Shown: positions 57,393 through 64,000 of the stretch, in pieces | Position numbering within the stretch: position 1 is the stretch's first letter | How the letters are laid out: the number at the start of each line of letters is the position of its first letter | NCBI GenBank assembly: GCA_965215565.1 | Contig: CBDCDZ010000004.1 | Location: 1,440,001-1,504,000, forward strand | From: Trueperaceae bacterium | GTDB taxonomy: Bacteria > Deinococcota > Deinococci > Deinococcales > Trueperaceae | Direction of reading: 5' to 3' | DNA length: 64,000 nt | Program-made: the position numbers and the translations under genes | Notes under the pieces: generated by a model | The model's database searches: none | Told to the model about the DNA's origin: nothing | The model's input: the letters and a program-made list of their open reading frames with translations, nothing else

Positions 57393-57526
57393 TACGAATT
57401 CCGTTATACTCTCTATCACCGAGCGCTTTTCTCGGTGATAGTTCATATCACTCCATCCGTATCTTCTTTCCCACTCGCTACGCTCGGATTGATTCGCCAA
57501 CATACGCGAATCAATCGGAATCCGTA
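57393..57526 (+). mobile_element. Family B MITE (Deinococcus small-repeat-like)
   Basis: TACGAATTCCG...CGGAATCCGTA TIRs, TGA direct repeats at 57390-57392 and 57527-57529, internal hairpins. Confidence 0.85.
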
Positions 57527-59067
57527 TGACCTCACTTCCTCGCATCTTCTTCGAGCAGGTACAAGCCTCACCTGAAGAGACGTTCATCCACTTTGAAGGC
57601 GAAGCGTACACCTACGCGGACCTCTACGCCCACGTCTGCCGCGCCGCCGGGTCACTGCGCGCCTGGGGTCTTCGCAAGGGCGAGCGCGCCGCGCTCTACC
57701 TCGAGAATTCACCGAGCTTCGTCGCGGCTTATCTCGGAGTGCTGTGGCTGGGCGGTGTTGTCGTTCTAGTCAACGCGCGTTATAGAGAGGGTGAACTCCG
57801 CTATCTCCTGAGCGACTCAGGCGCGAGGCTCATCGTGAGGGACGCGGAGCGAGCCGAAACTTTGGACCACGTTTTAGGTCATTTAGGTGAAGTGAACGTT
57901 ATCCAGCTAGGTCAGAGCTTAGCGCAGGACGATGAGGTGTGGAGCAGGTTAGCCTGGGGACCCCCGCTCACCTTGCCCGCCGCCCTGGGCTCAGATGACC
58001 TCGCCGTCATCGCCTATACCTCCGGCACTACCGGGCGCGCCAAAGGTGCGACGCTCACGCATGGCAATTTCGTGAGTAACAGCCGCGCCGTGACCCGTGC
58101 GTGGGGCTGGACGGCGGACGATCACCTCTTGCTCGCGCTGCCTCTTTTCCACATGCACGGGCTCGGCGTGGGCTTGCACGGCACACTCACTCAGGGCTCG
58201 AGCCTCACCTTAAAGCGGACCTTTGGCGCGGCGGACGTACTGAGCGAAATAAGGCGCGGGCGCGTCACCATGTTCTTCGGCGTGCCGACGATGTACACCA
58301 GGTTGCTCGAGGCGGCGGACGAAAGAGAGGCGCACGCTCTGCGGCTGCTCGTCTCGGGCTCCGCGCCGCTCAGCCCACAAGTCATGGAGCAGGTGGAGCG
58401 AACCTTTGACCTCCGCATCTTAGAGCGCTACGGCATGACCGAAACGGTGATGAATTTGGGTAATCCACTTTACGGCGAGCGAAAAGCGGGCTCGGTAGGC
58501 GTGCCGTTCGCGGGCATCAAGGTGCGCATCGTCGATGAGCGCGGTCAAGTCGTAAAGCAGGGCGAAGTCGGCGCGCTGCAAGTGCGCGGTCCGAACGTCA
58601 CGAAGGGCTATTGGAACAAACCGGCTGAAACCGAGGCGAGCTTTGTAGACGGCTGGTTCAAAACGGGCGACTTGGGTTTTGCAGACGAGGACGGCTACTA
58701 CTTTTTGACTGGACGCGCTAAAGACCTCATCATTTCAGGCGGCTTTAACGTCTATCCAAGGGAAGTAGAAGAGGTCTTGGCGCAGCACGGCGCGGTGCGA
58801 GAGGTGGCGGTGCTGGGGCTGCCGGATGACGATTTGGGCGAGAAGGTGGTGGCGGTGGTCGTGGCGTCCGAAGAGGTTGACGCGGCAGAATTGCAAGCCT
58901 TTTGCAAAGAGAGGTTAGCGGGCTTCAAAAAACCCAAAGAGGTCTACTTCGTGGATGAACTGCCGCGCAACACGCTGGGGAAGGTGCAGAAGCACGTGTT
59001 GAGGGAGAGGCTCGAGGTTGGTACAGATAGCAGGTATCATCTGGTCAGAGACACTCTCACTTTATGA
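57526..59067 (+). CDS. Acyl-CoA synthetase (malonyl-CoA synthetase MatB-like)
   Basis: YTSGTTGRAKGA, LPLFHMHG, GSAPL, ERYGMTET, WFKTGDLG, LPRN.LGKVQK. Confidence 0.9.
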   Translation: MTSLPRIFFEQVQASPEETFIHFEGEAYTYADLYAHVCRAAGSLRAWGLRKGERAALYLENSPSFVAAYLGVLWLGGVVVLVNARYREGELRYLLSDSGARLIVRDAERAETLDHVLGHLGEVNVIQLGQSLAQDDEVWSRLAWGPPLTLPAALGSDDLAVIAYTSGTTGRAKGATLTHGNFVSNSRAVTRAWGWTADDHLLLALPLFHMHGLGVGLHGTLTQGSSLTLKRTFGAADVLSEIRRGRVTMFFGVPTMYTRLLEAADEREAHALRLLVSGSAPLSPQVMEQVERTFDLRILERYGMTETVMNLGNPLYGERKAGSVGVPFAGIKVRIVDERGQVVKQGEVGALQVRGPNVTKGYWNKPAETEASFVDGWFKTGDLGFADEDGYYFLTGRAKDLIISGGFNVYPREVEEVLAQHGAVREVAVLGLPDDDLGEKVVAVVVASEEVDAAELQAFCKERLAGFKKPKEVYFVDELPRNTLGKVQKHVLRERLEVGTDSRYHLVRDTLTL

Positions 59068-59176
59068 AGCAGTGTTGCCAGGCAGCAAACTTGCGTTCCC
59101 TTTCGGGGATGAAGTCCCGCTATTGCTGCGCAATGAGATCGGCGCTCATCCGTCTCAGTATGTTTTGGAGCTGCTA
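59028..59176 (-). mobile_element. Family A MITE-like repeat overlapping the synthetase 3' end
   Basis: TAGCAGGTATCATCTGGTCAGAGAC ... GTCTCAGTATGTTTTGGAGCTGCTA. Confidence 0.8.
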
Positions 59177-59277
59177 AGTTGCGGAGCGAGGCGAGCATTG
59201 AAGCTAGACGAGACTCGAATTGTTCACGAGGGAAAAACAAACTTTGGCAAACAGCCCCGCGTCGGTCTCCGATGCAA

Positions 59278-60798
59278 CTAACGCCCCGACACCTCCACTA
59301 CCTGCCCCAGCCACCGCCCGAAAAGCGGCACCAGCGGGTTGTCTTCAGCGGTCACGATGTCGATATGGGTGAGACCGGGCAAGACGTAGGCGGAGAAGAA
59401 GACGCTCGCCCTCGCGTTGTTATAAGCCGAAAACCCATCCAATGACGAGACGAGACCACGGCTCGCCCCTACCGCAAGTGTCGGTGTGTGCACCTCGCTG
59501 TTCGGCACAAAGCCGGGCTCGTCGCTCAGGCTGACGTCTAAACGCGCTATATCTAAGAGCAGGCGTATTGGAAAGTACCACTCGTTGAAGTTGGTCTCAG
59601 CGGTCACTTGCGACGCGACGAGCGTGCGCAAGTCGGTGCGCTCTTGCGCCGAATCGCCGCGCTCCCAACGCACGGCGTCGTAGCCGGGCGCGACGCCGGA
59701 AACGCTCCTCGAGCGTGCCCCCTTCGCCCCTTCGGACAAAAAGGCGATGAGGTTGCCGCCGTACGTCGCGCCGACGGGCTCACCTACGGACGCGCCAAAG
59801 GCGGGCGAGAATTCGTAGCGGTCGTCGATCTCCAGACCCGCCAACGCGAAGTTGGTGATAGGAAAGTCGGCGAGGTCTTCGGGCGCGAGATCTTCGGGTG
59901 CGAGGTGCGCGAGCAGCGCCTTCGCTTCGCTCCGAGCGTAGGTGTCGGGCGAGAAGGCGAGGGTGAAGTACGGGTTGCCCTGGCCGGTCTCGAGGCGCGT
60001 CACATCCGGCACGAGTTCGATAGGTCCGACGGAAAATCCTCCTTCGCGGCCGAACGCGCCCGTGCGCCCGAGCGTGCCGTCGATGAGCAAGAGACCGTCC
60101 AGGTGATCGTTGCCCAAGTCCCGCCCCGCCGCGCCGCCGAAGTCGTACGCCGCGTAGAGCGAGGCCATGCTCGCGCCGAGCGAATGCCCGCCCAAAACGA
60201 CGGTGTCCGCAACCGTCTGGGCGCGTTTGACGAGTTCGTGCAGATCGCGCAGGTGCACCTCTAGGCCCCAGCGGGCCAAGAAAGGCACCTCTTCGGGCGG
60301 CACCGCGTTAAAGCCCTCCGGCTCGCCGAGATGCTTGACGTAGTAGTCGTAAGCGATGAGAGGATCGCCCGTGCGCAGGCTCTCCAGCGTCGCGCTGCGG
60401 TACTCTAAGAGGTTGGCGCGGCGGTCGACCGCCCAGACCTCCAGCCCCGGCTGGCTCGCCACGAGTTGGCGCGCCACGATGTCTAGCGTCGCCGCGCCGC
60501 CGAAAATACCCGGCACAAGGATGAGCACGGTGCGGGTGGGCGTGTCCCCTTTCGGCGCGTAGTAGCGCATGTAGAGCGCCCTGTTGAGGTATTCGGGCGT
60601 GCCGGGCGCGGCGTACCCCGGCACGCTGAGGTACTCGTTTCGCACCGCGCCCGGCGCGAAGCGGTACGTCGCGGCGGGCAGACTGAGGTCTATGCGCACG
60701 TCGGGAATAGGCAAGCAGCCCACCAAGAGGATCAGGGACGCTAAAACAGTGAGCCGAAACACCCCTTCATTGTGACCTTTTGTCTTCCCGACATCCAC
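59278..60798 (-). CDS. Alpha/beta hydrolase lipoprotein
   Basis: LLVGC lipobox, LILVPG..GGA, WAVDRR, GGHSLGA, LTHIDI; true start may be GTG 60762. Confidence 0.8.
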   Translation of the reverse strand: MDVGKTKGHNEGVFRLTVLASLILLVGCLPIPDVRIDLSLPAATYRFAPGAVRNEYLSVPGYAAPGTPEYLNRALYMRYYAPKGDTPTRTVLILVPGIFGGAATLDIVARQLVASQPGLEVWAVDRRANLLEYRSATLESLRTGDPLIAYDYYVKHLGEPEGFNAVPPEEVPFLARWGLEVHLRDLHELVKRAQTVADTVVLGGHSLGASMASLYAAYDFGGAAGRDLGNDHLDGLLLIDGTLGRTGAFGREGGFSVGPIELVPDVTRLETGQGNPYFTLAFSPDTYARSEAKALLAHLAPEDLAPEDLADFPITNFALAGLEIDDRYEFSPAFGASVGEPVGATYGGNLIAFLSEGAKGARSRSVSGVAPGYDAVRWERGDSAQERTDLRTLVASQVTAETNFNEWYFPIRLLLDIARLDVSLSDEPGFVPNSEVHTPTLAVGASRGLVSSLDGFSAYNNARASVFFSAYVLPGLTHIDIVTAEDNPLVPLFGRWLGQVVEVSGR

Positions 60799-60909
60799 AC
60801 CTCGTTTTACGTGAGGCGCGCGCCGCAGCTAACATGGGATTTCTCACACTAGCTCCAGACGTAACCTCAACCTTCGTTCTCCACTTTAGGGGTGGGGTCT
60901 AGGAATGGG

Positions 60910-63444
60910 TTAGCTCGAGGCTGAGCGTGACACCACGATCTCTCTAGAGCGCCCATCGTCGCGCCAGCGCACGTTCGCCGTGCGCCGCGTTTCGTCCCAG
61001 TCGGCGGTCACCTCTTCGTCCGCTAGTGTGACGCGCTCAGGCGGTGATGCCAAGCAGACCGCCACGATGAGGTCGCGCGGCGCAGGCTCGAACCTCTCGT
61101 AGTCGGGCGCGACCTCCACAAAGACCTTTTCATCCGCCTCGCTGACGCGCGTCTCCAAGCGCGCCACCTCTCCCTCTCGGTACGCGAAGCTGAGCCCGTC
61201 GTCCTCTAAGAGCGTCCAGTCACGCTCCCCCGCCGGGTAGATGTTCAGGGTGAGTTCGTCCAGAGGCTCCACCGTCGAAGCGCGCTCGTTGCCGAGTGGC
61301 AAGACTGCGCCCCCCCTCACGAAGACGGGGATGCGTCCGAGCGGCGCTTGTACGGTGTGATGCCCCGACGACACCCTCTGACCCGTCCAGAAGTCGTACC
61401 AGATGCCAGCGGGCAGATACACCATGCGGTGGCTTTGACCGGGGCGGTAGACGGGCGCGACTAAGAGGTGCGGACCCACCATCACCTGGTCATCAAGCTG
61501 ATAGACGTGCGCATCGTTGGGGAAATCGTAGACGAGCGGTCTGAAGGAAGGCTCGCCGCGCTCATGCGCGCCGTGCGCGAGCGTGTAGAGGTATGGGAGC
61601 AAGCGGTAGCGGAGCTTGATGGCTCGCCGCGCGATCTCCTCGACTTCGTGACCAAACGACCAAGGCTCTTGCGCGCGGGTGCCCTGGCAGGTGTGCGTGC
61701 GCATAAAGGGATAAAAGGTGCCGAGTTCTATCCAGCGGGCGTAGAGTTCGGGGTTGGCGTTTTCAAAAAAGCCACCGATATCTACGCCGACCCAAGGGGA
61801 GCCGACGAGCCCCATGCTCGAGAGCTGCGGCAAGCTCGCCTCCAGGTGCTCCCACCACGACGAGTTGTCGCCCATCCAGCTCGCGGCGTAACGCTGCGTG
61901 CCGACAAAGGCGCTGCGCGTCAAGACCCAGGGGCGCTCATCCGGGCGGTGGCGGTGGAGCCCTTCGAAGGTGGCCCGCGCCATCAAGTGACCGTAGAGGT
62001 TGTGCGCCTCCGCATGTGTTGTGGCGTGCATGACCGCTTTGTCGTCCCCTTGCCCGCCACCTTGTGGCGTCGCTAAGGGCATCGGCTTTTGGACGGGAAT
62101 CGCTTCGCTGTCGAAAGGCGCGTCGAAGATCGAGGGCTCGTTCATGTCCACCCACACGCCCGCGACGCCCGTGTCGATATGGCTCTCCTTCAACTCGTCA
62201 CCCCACCACGCGCGCACCTCCTCGCGGGTGTAGTCGGGGAAAAGCGCCTCGCCGGGCCAGCAGTAGCCCACGAAGCGCGAACCGTCCCCATTTTTGATGA
62301 AGACCTCCCGCTCCACGCCGCGTTCGGCTGCCCCATAACCGTCTAGGTCATTTTTGACGCCGGGGTCTAGGATGGTCACCGCGCGGACGCCCTCGTCGCG
62401 GAGGTCATCTAGCAGAGTTTTCGGCTCGGGAAACCGCTCAGGGTGCCACGTGAAGTCGCGGTAGCCGCGCATGTAGTCGATGTCGAAGTGCAAGACGTCT
62501 AGGGGAATGTCGCCGCCCCGGAAGTTCTGCACCAAGCGGCGCATCTCCTCGTCGCTGCGGTAGCCCCAGCGCGACTGGTGGTAGCCCAGAGCCCACAGGG
62601 GCGGCATGAAAGGACGCCCGGTCAGGCGCGTGATCTGCTCTGTGACCTCGGCGGGCGTCGGACCGCAGAAGAGGTACATGTCGAGTTCGCCGCCCAGCGT
62701 GAGCGACTCTAAGCGCTCCCAGTTGGCTTGTCCTACGTCGAACTGGCTGTAGAAACTCGACGCCAGAAACATCCCCCACGCTAAACCGGGGCGCACCGCT
62801 AGAAGCGCCGGGTGCGACTGATAGAGGTTGCTCTGGTGGCGTCCGTGCCCCCAGTCGGGATCGAAGTTCCAGTTCGTCAGGACGCGCCCGCGCCGCCCGA
62901 GCTTGCCCGTGCGCTCGCCTAAGCCGTACACGGCTTCATCTAAGGGCAGCGTTTTCGTCGAGCGCACCTCCAAGCGGGCGCGTCCGGGGGGCAGTTCGTC
63001 GCCCTTGCGCAGACGCATGTCGGTGTCTTGCGCCCGAATCTCGCGCCAGCGCGGGGGCAGCGCGTCCTCGGCAAAGGTCACGCCGCCCTGCTCGAGGCTC
63101 AACCTGCCGTCCTTGGCGAGGTGGACATTGAGTGAGTTTGCGCTCAGCACGAGTCCGCCCGTCACCTCTTGCACGGTCCAGTCGGGCACGCCGAAGCTCG
63201 CCTCCTGCTCCGTAATCGCCCAGGGACGGCGCGGCGCGAACGCGCCCGTGGCTGAAAAGTGGGCGCGGACGACGCCCTCAGCAAAGGACGTTAAACGCAG
63301 CTTGCCGCGCTCAAAGCTCGCCTCGACGCTCCTGCCGCGCTGCTCGTAGCCCTGGAGTGCGCCCGGCGTCTGCAAGTCGGGTCCCACCTCGAGCCGCGCC
63401 GTGCGCTCAACGGAGTCCACGGTGCTCCTTGAATACGTCAGCAC
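60910..63444 (-). CDS. Glycoside hydrolase family 31 (alpha-glucosidase)
   Basis: YGLGE, PPLWALGYHQSRWGY, DIDYM, WVDMNEP (nucleophile), WMGDN (acid/base), DIGGF, LRYRLLPYLYT. Confidence 0.95.
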   Translation of the reverse strand: MLTYSRSTVDSVERTARLEVGPDLQTPGALQGYEQRGRSVEASFERGKLRLTSFAEGVVRAHFSATGAFAPRRPWAITEQEASFGVPDWTVQEVTGGLVLSANSLNVHLAKDGRLSLEQGGVTFAEDALPPRWREIRAQDTDMRLRKGDELPPGRARLEVRSTKTLPLDEAVYGLGERTGKLGRRGRVLTNWNFDPDWGHGRHQSNLYQSHPALLAVRPGLAWGMFLASSFYSQFDVGQANWERLESLTLGGELDMYLFCGPTPAEVTEQITRLTGRPFMPPLWALGYHQSRWGYRSDEEMRRLVQNFRGGDIPLDVLHFDIDYMRGYRDFTWHPERFPEPKTLLDDLRDEGVRAVTILDPGVKNDLDGYGAAERGVEREVFIKNGDGSRFVGYCWPGEALFPDYTREEVRAWWGDELKESHIDTGVAGVWVDMNEPSIFDAPFDSEAIPVQKPMPLATPQGGGQGDDKAVMHATTHAEAHNLYGHLMARATFEGLHRHRPDERPWVLTRSAFVGTQRYAASWMGDNSSWWEHLEASLPQLSSMGLVGSPWVGVDIGGFFENANPELYARWIELGTFYPFMRTHTCQGTRAQEPWSFGHEVEEIARRAIKLRYRLLPYLYTLAHGAHERGEPSFRPLVYDFPNDAHVYQLDDQVMVGPHLLVAPVYRPGQSHRMVYLPAGIWYDFWTGQRVSSGHHTVQAPLGRIPVFVRGGAVLPLGNERASTVEPLDELTLNIYPAGERDWTLLEDDGLSFAYREGEVARLETRVSEADEKVFVEVAPDYERFEPAPRDLIVAVCLASPPERVTLADEEVTADWDETRRTANVRWRDDGRSREIVVSRSASS

Positions 63445-63664
63445 TCAGCCCTAGCTCAATCCCACACCACGCCACTTTGCGCCCCCTCTTATGCCCCTCG
63501 AGATTCATCATGGACGCTAAACTACCACACCTGCGCCGCACCGCTTTGGGCTCGAGACTGCCTTCACTCAGGGTCCTCCCGGTGACAGCGTCTCTTCTAT
63601 AGAGGAATGTACTCAGAAGGTTGGAGGACTAAAACCAGGCTGACTTCGCCCGTCCAACTCCGCT

Positions 63665-64000
63665 CTAACCCTCCTCTCTCAATGCCACCGCCGCGTAGAT
63701 ATCGCGCGGTCCGTACCTCGAGCGTCGCCTGCCTACCTCTTTTACCTCGCTGAGACCGACTCGGGGCGCGAGCCGCTTGAAGTGTGAAAGGGGCACCGGA
63801 AAAGGAATCCAAGGGCTCCCTTTAGCAACGTCATATTCAACCAAGAGGAACGCGCCGCCGGGCTTGAGGTAGCGCGTGAGTTGCCCCAACACGCGCTCGT
63901 GACGGCGCACGAAATGTAGAGCGTTCGCCATGAGAATGCCGTCCAAGTCGGGCAGGTCCAAGGTCCGCGTGAAGTCCGCTCGGACGGGCGTGAGTATCGC
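63665..64000 (-). CDS. Class I SAM-dependent methyltransferase (5' end outside window)
   Basis: ADF...LDGILMANALHFV...LKPGG.FLLVEY. Confidence 0.8.
   Translation of the reverse strand, partial: AILTPVRADFTRTLDLPDLDGILMANALHFVRRHERVLGQLTRYLKPGGAFLLVEYDVAKGSPWIPFPVPLSHFKRLAPRVGLSEVKEVGRRRSRYGPRDIYAAVALREEG

Noticed and set aside
15368..59176. CRISPR array
   Set aside because: The repeats are dispersed and in both orientations, with no regular repeat-spacer period and no cas genes.
117..63961. Many 60-230 aa overlapping or antisense ORFs in the track
   Set aside because: Shadow ORFs expected in GC-rich coding DNA; Arg/Ala/Pro-rich and without motifs.

Overview
A GC-rich chromosomal window of a Deinococcota bacterium, most plausibly Trueperaceae-like. 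This is inferred from gene content, many leaderless promoters and Deinococcus-type small repeats. Housekeeping genes include rex, rpe, glgC, moeA, icd, prfA, tRNA-Arg(CCT), a family-5 UDG, purC/purS, rlmB and a cobalamin riboswitch followed by btuFCD-like genes and cobS. Accessory blocks are a GT2 synthase locus, an AT-rich putative HEPN RNase gene, and a type IIG restriction-modification gene followed by a toxin-antitoxin cluster. There is also a 9 kb tandem array of four lipoproteins that share one N-terminal carbohydrate-binding-like module but carry different C-terminal modules: beta-helix, GH11-like plus beta-helix, a c-type cytochrome of unknown function, and a PL1 pectate lyase. Intergenic DNA holds at least three families of short non-autonomous repeats (about 15 copies, no transposase in the window), and several appear to rewire neighbouring genes. 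An inverted pair sits inside and just after the cobalamin riboswitch. One element inserted into a start codon and created a uORF coupled to a new ATG. Element ends complete extended -10 boxes. CTCGAG is strongly over-represented. All calls were made by eye from motifs and the ORF track; no database searches were run.
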